IMG/VR virus record: IMGVR_UViG_3300025895_000020
Location: 404-64,403 of that record
Strand: one strand, 5' to 3'
DNA from: a virus
DNA: 64,000 nucleotides
In this document: positions 55,736-64,000 of the stretch, one piece after another
How the letters are laid out: every line of letters starts with the position of its first letter
How positions within the stretch are numbered: the first letter of the stretch is position 1
Notes under the pieces: model-generated
Told to the model about the DNA's origin: nothing
Databases searched by the model: none
The model's input: the letters and a program-made list of their open reading frames with translations, nothing else
Program-made: the position numbers and the translations under genes

Positions 55736-56466
55736 GGCGAGGTAGCCGGGGGCGACTTCCCTTCGATTCGAGCGGTGCACTCCGCCCCGAAGGGTATGGG
55801 CCGCTCCCTGAGATCGATGACGACTCCGACCTAGACGGCTTGCCGTGGCATCGGCGTACGGAGGATGCGTGGACGGATCTCGCTTTTCGTAACGTCATCC
55901 GTTCGCAGCTCGCGCACTACATCAAATGCCGTCCCGTCGTGTCGAAGTGGGAGCTTTGGGAGATCGCGACGGTGGTCAAAAGCTCGTGCACTCGACTCCC
56001 AGCCGATGAGGCGTATCTGCGGCTTCGGATCACGACGTGCGTGGGCGGGGATGGGTGCGGGTGTTCGCATGAAGGTTGCCAGCAATGTGAGGTCGCGGCG
56101 CCGTTTCCGGTGGAAGCGCGCAATCCGGTCGACTCGAATCAGATATTCGCGAGGATGTTCAACTCGCTCGATATCCTGTGCGGGATGGTCGTGAGCGGAC
56201 CGGGCATCGGGATTCGCTTCTACAACGATACGCCAAGCGGGGCGATCGATGGGGTCAACACAGACTTCAAAGTGAGCCAGAAGTTCTTTCCGAACCGGGA
56301 GTCGGTGTATCTGAACGGTGTGAGGCAAAAGCCCGGTGCCACATGTGACTACGTACGCATTGAATCTGGCGGCACGGGAACGGGTTTTGATACCATTCGT
56401 TTTGTACACTTTGCTCCGATACCGGGGGACAGTATTTTGGTGGACTACGACCTTCAAGGGGTCTGA
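55723..56466 (+). CDS. Putative virion protein with C-terminal small beta domain
   Basis: TPSGAIDGVNTDF...VYLNGVRQ...DY...TIRF...PGDSILVDY resembles a recurrent phage structural module. Confidence 0.55.
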   Translation: MGVLRRGSRGRLPFDSSGALRPEGYGPLPEIDDDSDLDGLPWHRRTEDAWTDLAFRNVIRSQLAHYIKCRPVVSKWELWEIATVVKSSCTRLPADEAYLRLRITTCVGGDGCGCSHEGCQQCEVAAPFPVEARNPVDSNQIFARMFNSLDILCGMVVSGPGIGIRFYNDTPSGAIDGVNTDFKVSQKFFPNRESVYLNGVRQKPGATCDYVRIESGGTGTGFDTIRFVHFAPIPGDSILVDYDLQGV

Positions 56467-56488
56467 GGGGAATCTAGGGGGATTTTAG

Positions 56489-58408
56489 ATGGCACGGACA
56501 TTCATACGACAAGACATTCAGATCGGGAGTACGAACGATACTCTCATCGGATTCAATGATGCGGTATCGCCCGCAGCAACAATGGAATCGGGCGCCGGCA
56601 CGGTAGCGGACGACCTGAACAACTTGCGCTCGATGGTTTCGAACCTGATCGATGTGCAAGCGGGCAATTGGTACACCGATGCCAACATCCCGGCCACGTT
56701 GGAGACGGGCGTCAAGCGAGGCGTCAACGATCTGAACAGCGGCCTTCATGCGGTCGAGAAAAAGCGCATCTTGCGCGACGTTCACAATCTGGTCGATGTT
56801 TGCGCTGGCGCTGCGGCGACCGGAACCCTGACCGCTGGGGGACAGCCGGCGAATGACGATACGGTCACGATCGGCTCGCAAGTTTACACTTGGAAGACGG
56901 TCCTGACGGGCGCGGCCGATGAAGTGTTCATTGGCGGTACTGTGGCGCTTTCGCTAGAGAACCTACGTCGCGCCATCAACGCCGATGGCGTCGCGGGCAC
57001 AAACTACGGCACGGGCACAGTCGCCAATGCCGATGTGACCGCCACTGATACGGCCACGACCGTAGTCGCGACGGCGATTATCGGAGGCACGGCTGGTAAC
57101 TCGATCGCCACGACCGAAAGCGGAGCAACCACGAGCTGGGGCGGCGCAACGCTCTCCGGTGGTCTGGATGCCAACTTTTTGATCCTTGGTACTGGCGAGC
57201 TTCCGACGCAGACCATAGCCGCAGTCGGTTTGGTTTCCACGCTGGGCACCGTAGTCGCGGCGCACACCGGAACCTTCGGTACACACTCGCTCGATGAGGT
57301 GGCGGGCTCCAACGCCTTGAGCCCCTTGAACCTCATGCTCATCGTGGACGGCGACACTCGCGACCCGATCCTATCAGCCGGTAGGGAAGTCTGGGGTCTG
57401 TTGCAGTCCGAAAGCGCAACGGATGGTCATACCATTACGGATGCCACCACGACGCGCGTTCAGATTTCATTCGTGGTCGAGAACGCTACTGGCGACGATC
57501 TCATAGCGTGCCCAGTGGGTGACATTTCGGGCAAGTGCGTCGACTACACGACTCGCGAGCGAGTTCGCTTCGAAGACCTGAACGAAGCCGACTTCTTGCG
57601 CGGCGCCATCGTGGATATCGGTGCTGGCACTGGCACCGTGGACCTGCAAACGGCCTACGACAATCAGGGTTCTACCCCGATCGACTCCACGACGAACGTG
57701 TTTGTCGACTTGGAGGGTCCAGGGATCAAGCATTGCTGGCGCGACGACCTAGAAGCAGAGCTGTTCTGCATCATTGAGGGCAGTGCGGGTGGTACTACTC
57801 AGATTGCGATCTCATCGGACGTTGACACTTTCAACGTGGATGCGGTCGTCAATGACTTCGCGAATGGCGTGACGGTCAATAGCGATGGCACAAGGCCCAT
57901 CCAAGTCGGCGTCACCGATGGCGTCATCGAAAGCACGGCGGGCAATCTTCGGGTCAACTCCGCGGACGAGCTGTACCTAGATGATGTAAACCAGACGGGC
58001 TCCACGTGGGCACAGACCGATGGTATCAAGCTCTCCGAGACCACGGCGGAGTGGGATGCCTTCGAAACGGCGTTCGGCGAGGTCTCGCTCTTGAACGCAA
58101 TCACGCAGGCGTACGCCGGGCAGATTCGTACCAAGGTCCAGGCGACCGTCACGAGCAATGTCACGGCGAGCAACGATGTGAACGGTCCCGGCACTGCACA
58201 CGCCAACACGGATGTGGACTTGGCGCCGTTCAATAACGTCACGTTCAACACGGACGTTGACGTGTTCCTGAATGGTGAGCTAATGAGGCACACCGATGAC
58301 GTGGTAGCGGGGGGTACACCGGCAGACGGCGACTTGCAGTTCCTTTTCAATCTGAAGGGGACCGGCACCAAGCCCGACCAAATCACCGTCATTGTGAACG
58401 GACAGTAA
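56489..58408 (+). CDS. Virion structural / decoration or collar protein
   Basis: T/A/G/D-rich. GTLTAGGQPANDDTVTIGSQVYTW...ENLRRAIN module and C-terminal DVFLNGELM. Confidence 0.7.
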   Translation: MARTFIRQDIQIGSTNDTLIGFNDAVSPAATMESGAGTVADDLNNLRSMVSNLIDVQAGNWYTDANIPATLETGVKRGVNDLNSGLHAVEKKRILRDVHNLVDVCAGAAATGTLTAGGQPANDDTVTIGSQVYTWKTVLTGAADEVFIGGTVALSLENLRRAINADGVAGTNYGTGTVANADVTATDTATTVVATAIIGGTAGNSIATTESGATTSWGGATLSGGLDANFLILGTGELPTQTIAAVGLVSTLGTVVAAHTGTFGTHSLDEVAGSNALSPLNLMLIVDGDTRDPILSAGREVWGLLQSESATDGHTITDATTTRVQISFVVENATGDDLIACPVGDISGKCVDYTTRERVRFEDLNEADFLRGAIVDIGAGTGTVDLQTAYDNQGSTPIDSTTNVFVDLEGPGIKHCWRDDLEAELFCIIEGSAGGTTQIAISSDVDTFNVDAVVNDFANGVTVNSDGTRPIQVGVTDGVIESTAGNLRVNSADELYLDDVNQTGSTWAQTDGIKLSETTAEWDAFETAFGEVSLLNAITQAYAGQIRTKVQATVTSNVTASNDVNGPGTAHANTDVDLAPFNNVTFNTDVDVFLNGELMRHTDDVVAGGTPADGDLQFLFNLKGTGTKPDQITVIVNGQ

Positions 58409-58412
58409 GCAC

Positions 58413-59045
58413 ATGAATGAACGCGTTCTCGGTAAGATTGAGGTTTCGGGGCTGATCGGGGAACAGCTCGATGCGGCGCTTCAGCTTGCCGAGAACGAGG
58501 TTCAACAGCGTAAGGGGATGCAGTTCGGTTGCCAGTCCGCGGGCAAGGCAATAGCCGGGCTGCTTCCGCATATCGACAAGAGCTGCGATGAGGGTGAGTT
58601 CGATGGGCTCGAAGGGGTCGAGCTGCGCAACGCGATCAAGAAATGGATCGTGCGCGCCAACGATGCGGTCGAGAATCTGTACAAGCGCGCGCAAGCCGAA
58701 GAAATGGTGGCGCATGGGAAGGCCGCGGCGATGAAGACCGCGGTCACGATCGTCCAGCGTTATCACGACTCCGCAGCCGCGCGACACGCGCAGCTCACGG
58801 CGGAGCCTGAGCCCGACGATGGGACTGGGGATAACAAGGGTCGACGATCCGGCGAGCGCCCCGGCGTTAGCTCGCTTGACGAGCGGCGGGAGCAAGCCGC
58901 GCGTGAGCGTGCGGCGAAATCGGAAGCTGACGCAGAGAAGACCGTCGACGCTGCGCTCAAAGCTGCGGCGCCTACGAAGCGAGCGACTAAGAAGCGAACG
59001 ACTAAGAAGCGCGCACCAAAGAAGACCCCGAAGAAGGGCAACTAG
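58413..59045 (+). CDS. Coiled-coil protein with Lys-rich C-terminal tail
   Basis: Helical core ending in TKRATKKRTTKKRAPKKTPKKGN. Confidence 0.7.
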   Translation: MNERVLGKIEVSGLIGEQLDAALQLAENEVQQRKGMQFGCQSAGKAIAGLLPHIDKSCDEGEFDGLEGVELRNAIKKWIVRANDAVENLYKRAQAEEMVAHGKAAAMKTAVTIVQRYHDSAAARHAQLTAEPEPDDGTGDNKGRRSGERPGVSSLDERREQAARERAAKSEADAEKTVDAALKAAAPTKRATKKRTTKKRAPKKTPKKGN

Positions 59046-59048
59046 CAC

Positions 59049-59504
59049 GTGGCGGGCGCGCGCGATGAACGGGTCAATGATCTTTTCTTCTGCGATCAGA
59101 CCGCGGAAGGCAATCCCAACGAAGAAGGGATGGTCCGCTATGTGAGCGGCGATCTCGTGGCGCTTCTAGGCGGCGTCGTCAAGAGCCTCACGGCCGGCGT
59201 GGGGGGCGGGATCACACCTAGCCAGCACCGCGCGCTCGACCAGCTTGTTCACGGCATTGCCGAGAACAGCTTCGATGAGGTCATCTACACCGGCACCAAG
59301 GTCACGTCGATCATTGTGTGGACCAGCGTCGCCAAAACAACGAAGATCCGCGAAGAGCTATTCACGTACACGGGGAACCAGGCGACAACGATCGTCACCA
59401 AGCAATACAATGCGGCGGGGACATTGATCGTGGGCGAAACGATGACTGAGACAGTGAGCTACACGGGCAGCAAGGTTGACGATATCACGCGGGTCATGAG
59501 CTAA
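59049..59504 (+). CDS. Putative virion protein
   Basis: Beta-rich C-terminus. TAATG-coupled to the next gene. Confidence 0.6.
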   Translation: MAGARDERVNDLFFCDQTAEGNPNEEGMVRYVSGDLVALLGGVVKSLTAGVGGGITPSQHRALDQLVHGIAENSFDEVIYTGTKVTSIIVWTSVAKTTKIREELFTYTGNQATTIVTKQYNAAGTLIVGETMTETVSYTGSKVDDITRVMS

Positions 59505-60589
59505 TGGCTGGCGTCGTCGTTCTGAATCAAGTTCCCGTCACGCTCTACGATTCAGCGGGTAATGAGATCGCGCCGGCAACGCAGGCCACGCTCGAAGCAG
59601 CTCGCGTGCTGTTGGCGTCGCTCGAAGGCAAAGACTTTGCGACGCAGGCCACGCTCGCGACGCGCGCATCCGAAGCCACGCTTGAAGCCGCGCGTGTGCT
59701 GTTGGTATCCCTAAACGCCAAAGACTTCTCGACCGCAGCGAACCAAGTGGCGCTGGGCGTCATTCTGGGCGCGATTGAAACCAAGGTCGCCACGGAGACC
59801 ACGCTCGCCGCTATCAAAGACACGGACGGGATCAAAAAGATCACCGATCCGCTGCCCGCCGGAACGAACATTATCGGCGGCACTCGCCTCTACGATCACA
59901 ATGGGAATCCGCTATCGGTACAGGATGGCGTGGCCTATCCCGCCGGCAACGATCACTTGCTGATCGGCGGTGTCCATGAATCAGACGGCAACACGTACCA
60001 CGCACGGATGAGGGACGACTTTGTTACCCCGGCGACCAAGCGCATCCTGGTCGAAGCGGCCATCGCTCCGGGGTCATCCATCGCCACGACTACCGGCGCA
60101 AGCGCGGGGGAAGGAGCCGTCGCAGAGCGGCTTTTGAATGGCAGCTCTTACGATATGGTGGTGAACGGGTCGGGTACGCCAGTCACTTTCCAGTTCGATG
60201 CGCTTCCGGTTGACGACGTTGTGCTCAATAGCTTGCGGCTCGTGTTCTCTGCGGGCTTTTTTGACTTCACTGGCAACGCCTTCGGTAAAGGGGGCGGTGC
60301 TTTGAGTAACGGCGTTACCGCAAGCATCGTGTCAAACAACGGCGCGTTCTCTGGGCAGCTAGCGGAGCTGATGGTGAACGAAGATTTCCTTCGCTTGCTC
60401 GACTTCTCGGTATCGCAGGCGGGTTCTACGGACGTGATGGCGGCGAGCGTTCCCTTCACGGGGAATATCCGATTGGTGGGAGGGAGCAGCGATTACGTTC
60501 GTGTCACCATCAACGATAACCTGACTCCCGGCTCGCGAGGTATCACCCACTTCACGGCCACGGTTTACGGCACGGAGATCATGCCCTAA
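59504..60589 (+). CDS. Putative virion fibre/collar protein with internal helical repeats
   Basis: ATLEAARVLL.SL..KDF occurs twice. C-terminal MVVNGSGTPVTF...FG...ALSNG beta domain. Confidence 0.6.
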   Translation: MAGVVVLNQVPVTLYDSAGNEIAPATQATLEAARVLLASLEGKDFATQATLATRASEATLEAARVLLVSLNAKDFSTAANQVALGVILGAIETKVATETTLAAIKDTDGIKKITDPLPAGTNIIGGTRLYDHNGNPLSVQDGVAYPAGNDHLLIGGVHESDGNTYHARMRDDFVTPATKRILVEAAIAPGSSIATTTGASAGEGAVAERLLNGSSYDMVVNGSGTPVTFQFDALPVDDVVLNSLRLVFSAGFFDFTGNAFGKGGGALSNGVTASIVSNNGAFSGQLAELMVNEDFLRLLDFSVSQAGSTDVMAASVPFTGNIRLVGGSSDYVRVTINDNLTPGSRGITHFTATVYGTEIMP

Positions 60590-61596
60590 TGGCTCATAAG
60601 TTCAACGAAGACCGCTCTCTTGTGATTGCCGATCGCAATCTCACGCTAGGCCAAGCCGCGTTCACACGGCAGGACAACGGCACGGAGCCCATGAATATCA
60701 ACGGGTCGGCTTCTGGCGCTCCCGTCAATCTTTGGAATGGCAGTGGCGGGGCCGGTGACGCAGGCGCGGATTGGGCTGTGTCTGGCGTGGGCTCTGAACA
60801 AGCGGCGGCAGCGTTTGCTGGCGACGATGGCTGGGACACCGGGGTGACCGCGCAGAACGACATAACCACGTTTGACAACGGCTCATTGCTGGACGTGGAC
60901 GCGCTTTACGGGGACTTGCAGTTTCAGATCAATCCGCAGGCGTGGCCCGTAACTTCGCGGCTTCGAGTCGGATTCCTAGACGCGGCAAACAACCTTGTGG
61001 GCCAGTGGCGTCGGGTCGAAAACTACACCACAAACATGGACCTTGGGATCTGGCAGCCGGTGTCGATTCCGATTGCGGACTTCGCGCTCACTGGCCAAGT
61101 GCAAAAGCTCCGATTCGAGTACCGGGTAACCAGCGGGCAACGGCACTATTTGGACGATATCAAGCTCGTGCCTTCCGGTGGCAGCGGTCCCTATCGGTTC
61201 CGGGTCGCTGCGCCCGATGCGCTTACGAAGTACCACGTTTCCATGATCGTGTTCATCGTGAGCGGGCCTAGTGCGGGCTGGACTTCGACGACGTTTGCGA
61301 ACATCGGCGCGCTTCCAAAGGGGCTCATCCTTCGGCAGCGGCGGGTCTCGGATGGTGAGATATTGTGGAGCTTCAACAGCAAAGACAATGTAGAGCTGTT
61401 CGGGCGCTACCACCCCCAAGACGATATCGAGTTCGCCGATGGCACCTTGCTTGTCGGGTTCATGGTGAAGCCCGGCAAAGCGAGCATCGTGGTGACCGAT
61501 GACGATGTGTTGGAGTTCGTCGTGAGAGACGACTTGAGTGCGCTGAGTGCGGCGCGCGCCTTTGCGCACTTCGGCACGGAGGTAATTGAGCCATGA
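60589..61596 (+). CDS. Putative virion protein with carbohydrate-binding-like domain
   Basis: WQPVSIPIADFAL...KLRFEY...YLDDIKL (CBM-like). The C-terminal domain resembles that of 59504-60589. Confidence 0.55.
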   Translation: MAHKFNEDRSLVIADRNLTLGQAAFTRQDNGTEPMNINGSASGAPVNLWNGSGGAGDAGADWAVSGVGSEQAAAAFAGDDGWDTGVTAQNDITTFDNGSLLDVDALYGDLQFQINPQAWPVTSRLRVGFLDAANNLVGQWRRVENYTTNMDLGIWQPVSIPIADFALTGQVQKLRFEYRVTSGQRHYLDDIKLVPSGGSGPYRFRVAAPDALTKYHVSMIVFIVSGPSAGWTSTTFANIGALPKGLILRQRRVSDGEILWSFNSKDNVELFGRYHPQDDIEFADGTLLVGFMVKPGKASIVVTDDDVLEFVVRDDLSALSAARAFAHFGTEVIEP

Positions 61597-62315
61597 GTAT
61601 CAGCATGAAGCGGGCGCCGACCACGAGCGACGGCCGGCCGATTTCGCTCACAAGCCGCTTTCGTGGCAACGTCGATCCGTTCTTTGCGGGCTCAGGGGAT
61701 AATGAGAACGGACGCGGGCAAGACGCGCTGTTTTGCATCCATTGGCCGAGCGCGCCTAGCGCCCCCGAAGACAAGGCGTTCGACTTCGGGTTCTGCGACT
61801 GGATCTACATCGCCAAGGGCACCATGCGCTGGATCAATGGTGGGCCGGGGGACTTCATTAGCTTCTACGCGTACGCGCCCGCCACTACGGTCACGCCGAA
61901 CGCGGGGGCCGGTAACTGCAATCTCGTGGCCACGGGAATGGGCTTCAATATGATCGTCGCTGCGGCCGGCAATGGGAGTCATGACTACTCCGATGAAGTG
62001 CCGGTGCCGGCCTTCGATGCAGACGGCGAGCCCAACGGTTACTGGGCGTGGGACGAGCCTGACACGGGCAAGGGAGTCATGAGCTTCGTAGGTGACGGCA
62101 AGAGCATGTACAACCTGTACGACGCCACGTTGCCGCTTGTGTACTGGGTCAAGAAAATGCCGATGCTAGGCGACGGGCAGACGGTGCTGCACCCCGAAAC
62201 CAAGGCACGCAAAGTGCTCCCCCATTGGAAGTTCAAAGTGACCGTGCACAACGAGGCACTTGGCCCACTGCAAGTGAGCTGGCATCTGGATTGCGCGCGG
62301 AAGAGCACGCTATGA
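61593..62315 (+). CDS. Hypothetical (probably virion) protein
   Basis: ATGA-coupled. Aromatic- and Gly-rich beta sequence. Confidence 0.65.
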   Translation: MSISMKRAPTTSDGRPISLTSRFRGNVDPFFAGSGDNENGRGQDALFCIHWPSAPSAPEDKAFDFGFCDWIYIAKGTMRWINGGPGDFISFYAYAPATTVTPNAGAGNCNLVATGMGFNMIVAAAGNGSHDYSDEVPVPAFDADGEPNGYWAWDEPDTGKGVMSFVGDGKSMYNLYDATLPLVYWVKKMPMLGDGQTVLHPETKARKVLPHWKFKVTVHNEALGPLQVSWHLDCARKSTL

Positions 62316-62324
62316 GGGGGGAAC

Positions 62325-63239
62325 ATGCGGGCATTGGTTTTAGGGGGCGGGGGCAGTAAGGGGCCGTACCATTTGGGTGCGATCACGACGCTGTTATCCC
62401 AAGGATATCGGTTCGATCTATTCGCGGGTGTGAGCGTGGGGGCGCTCGTCGCCGCGTATCTGGCGCAGTTCGATGATCGCGAAGTGCTCATGGGGCACCG
62501 TGCGCTGGTCGATACCATGCTGCGCGTGAACACGCGGGATATCTGGCGCAACTGGAAGTTCTGGCGCCGCGCCGCGGGCATGTGGAAGTCGAGCATCTAC
62601 AACTCCAAGGGGCTTCACCGGCTCATCGATAAGAGCATCGATCCAAAGAAGGTGCGGGAGAGCGGAAAGAAGCTGCGCATCGGGGCCGTGGATCTCTACA
62701 GCCGGGGCTACACGATCTTCGATGAGAACTACGTTCCGCTCACCAAAGCCATTGCAGCGAGCGCATCGATTCCGTTCGCGTTCAGTCCGGTGGCGATGGG
62801 GGAGAGCCTTTGGATCGATGGGGGTGTGCGCAGTGTCACGCCGTTGGCGTCGGCCATTGAAGCGGGGGCCACCGAAGTCGTCGCGATCACCTTGCAAGCC
62901 AAGAACCCGAGCTTGCGGTTCGAAAAGAAACCCAACGCGCTCGACATTGGGCTCCGCTCGATTGATCTCATGAGCGATGAAATCGTCGCCAAGGATATCA
63001 AGATCGCGCAGCTCTACACGAAGGTCCGAAGCCTTGAGCTACAGCTCGCCGGGGCCACCGGGCGCTCGCTCGATAAGACCACGAACAAGCGGGCCGTGCA
63101 TGTGCTCCACATCCGGCCGGAGTTGGGGCTGAACGAGGATAGCTCTGTGTTCGATCCCGCCGAAGCGGCACGGCTCTACCAGCAAGGCCAGGAAGACGCG
63201 CGTCACGCGGTGCTTGCGGACGTGCCCTTGACTACCTAA
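62325..63239 (+). CDS. Patatin-like phospholipase
   Basis: VLGGGGSKG oxyanion loop, GVSVG nucleophile, ASASIP, and WIDGG catalytic Asp. RBS GAGGGGGG. Confidence 0.9.
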   Translation: MRALVLGGGGSKGPYHLGAITTLLSQGYRFDLFAGVSVGALVAAYLAQFDDREVLMGHRALVDTMLRVNTRDIWRNWKFWRRAAGMWKSSIYNSKGLHRLIDKSIDPKKVRESGKKLRIGAVDLYSRGYTIFDENYVPLTKAIAASASIPFAFSPVAMGESLWIDGGVRSVTPLASAIEAGATEVVAITLQAKNPSLRFEKKPNALDIGLRSIDLMSDEIVAKDIKIAQLYTKVRSLELQLAGATGRSLDKTTNKRAVHVLHIRPELGLNEDSSVFDPAEAARLYQQGQEDARHAVLADVPLTT

Positions 63240-63257
63240 CCGACCGTATACTATCGT
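63228..63257 (+). promoter_or_regulatory. sigma70-like promoter with operator, embedded at the patatin 3' end; predicted leaderless
   Basis: TTGACT-18 bp-TATCGT-6 nt-ATG(63264). ACCGTATACTAT at 63243-63254. Confidence 0.6.
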
Positions 63258-63263
63258 GGGATA

Positions 63264-63932
63264 ATGACCGCGGAGCCATACCCTTGGGAGCGTGAAGCCG
63301 ACGAATACGAAGGCGAGTCGGGCGGGTTCAAGGTTCGGCTTCGGCGGAACACGGAAATGGGCACGTGGTGCGGCTACATCATTATCCCCGAAGAGCATCC
63401 GTGGCATGGGCTTTCGTACGGCGATCTCGAAGAAAGCGGCGTGACCGTGCACGGCGGGGTCACGTACACAGGCGATGACATATTCCATGAAGAGTGGGCG
63501 GTCGGCTTTGACTGCGGGCACGCCTTTGACCTGATCCCCATGTTCGTAAGCGGGAAGTTCGCGGGCTCCGCACTCGAAACCATGAACGCAGGCACGTACC
63601 GGGACATGGCGTACGTGCTCGATGAGTGCCGGCAGTTGGCCGTGCAAGCGGGCAAGGTGTTCACGCCGCCGCCGTTACCGCGCTCGACCGATCCGCTCGA
63701 CCGTTCCGATGACGAGCTGCGCCAAGCCTTGCGCGCGTTGCGTGGGGAAGCAGAGCCCGAGCCCAAACCGGAGCCCGTTCTCGATCCCGTGACGGGCACA
63801 CCGCTTGAGTACACCCGCGAAATGGGCGAGACCGATGCGGAGTTCAAGCGGCGTATCATCGAAGATAACGCGCGCGTGGCTGCGGGCATGGCGCCCCGTC
63901 GCCGTCGTGTGGAGCGCAAAGACCCATGGTAG
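63264..63932 (+). CDS. Conserved phage hypothetical protein (WCGY...HPWHG...VHGGVTY...GFDCGH family)
   Basis: Recognisable motif string plus a C-terminal helical extension. Confidence 0.75.
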   Translation: MTAEPYPWEREADEYEGESGGFKVRLRRNTEMGTWCGYIIIPEEHPWHGLSYGDLEESGVTVHGGVTYTGDDIFHEEWAVGFDCGHAFDLIPMFVSGKFAGSALETMNAGTYRDMAYVLDECRQLAVQAGKVFTPPPLPRSTDPLDRSDDELRQALRALRGEAEPEPKPEPVLDPVTGTPLEYTREMGETDAEFKRRIIEDNARVAAGMAPRRRRVERKDPW

Positions 63933-64000
63933 AGGAAGACACCACCGGGCTGAGCGATGACGCGCTGCGAGACCGCTTGCGGGTGCTTCGTGGGGAGCCT
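63926..64000 (+). CDS. 5' fragment of next gene (runs off window)
   Basis: RBS GGAG. MVEEDTTGLSDDALRDRLRVLRGEP, open to the window end. Confidence 0.5.
   Translation, partial: MVEEDTTGLSDDALRDRLRVLRGEP

Noticed and set aside
1-64000. CRISPR array, tRNA or rRNA genes
   Set aside because: No regularly spaced direct repeats with unique spacers, and no cloverleaf or T-loop signatures were seen. The tandem repeats found are all coding.

Overview
The window is a gene-dense, GC-rich segment of a large contractile-tailed (myovirus) phage genome. No capsid, portal, terminase large subunit, endolysin, integrase, tRNA or CRISPR array is recognisable inside it. From left to right: (1) the C-terminus of a protein ending in a degenerate intein (Hint plus LAGLIDADG); (2) a small divergently transcribed accessory island; (3) a neck, sheath, tube, chaperone, tape-measure and baseplate module (3.0-18 kb) whose gene order and motifs resemble Herelleviridae as I recall them; (4) duplicated and triplicated receptor-binding-like paralogues and a beta-helix tailspike (19-28.8 kb); (5) an atypical membrane/lysis cassette; (6) two largely non-coding, hairpin-rich stretches (30.2-30.6 and 31.5-32.8 kb); (7) a replication and recombination module (SF2 helicase, DnaB-like helicase, primase, PolA, UvsY-like protein, SSB, RecA, single-chain SbcD-SbcC, RuvC-like resolvase, adenine MTase), interrupted by a Cro-like HTH, a MoxR/vWA pair and an unusual sigma70-DUF2924 fusion; (8) a second structural operon ending in a patatin phospholipase. 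The most striking structure not explained by the genes is a 12-bp palindrome (consensus A[T/C]CGTATACG[A/G]T) lying in the -35/-10 spacer of about seven sigma70-like promoters across the window. Four sigma70-like promoters place the ATG exactly 6 nt after the -10 box, which predicts leaderless mRNAs. All family assignments come from motif recognition by eye, not database searches.
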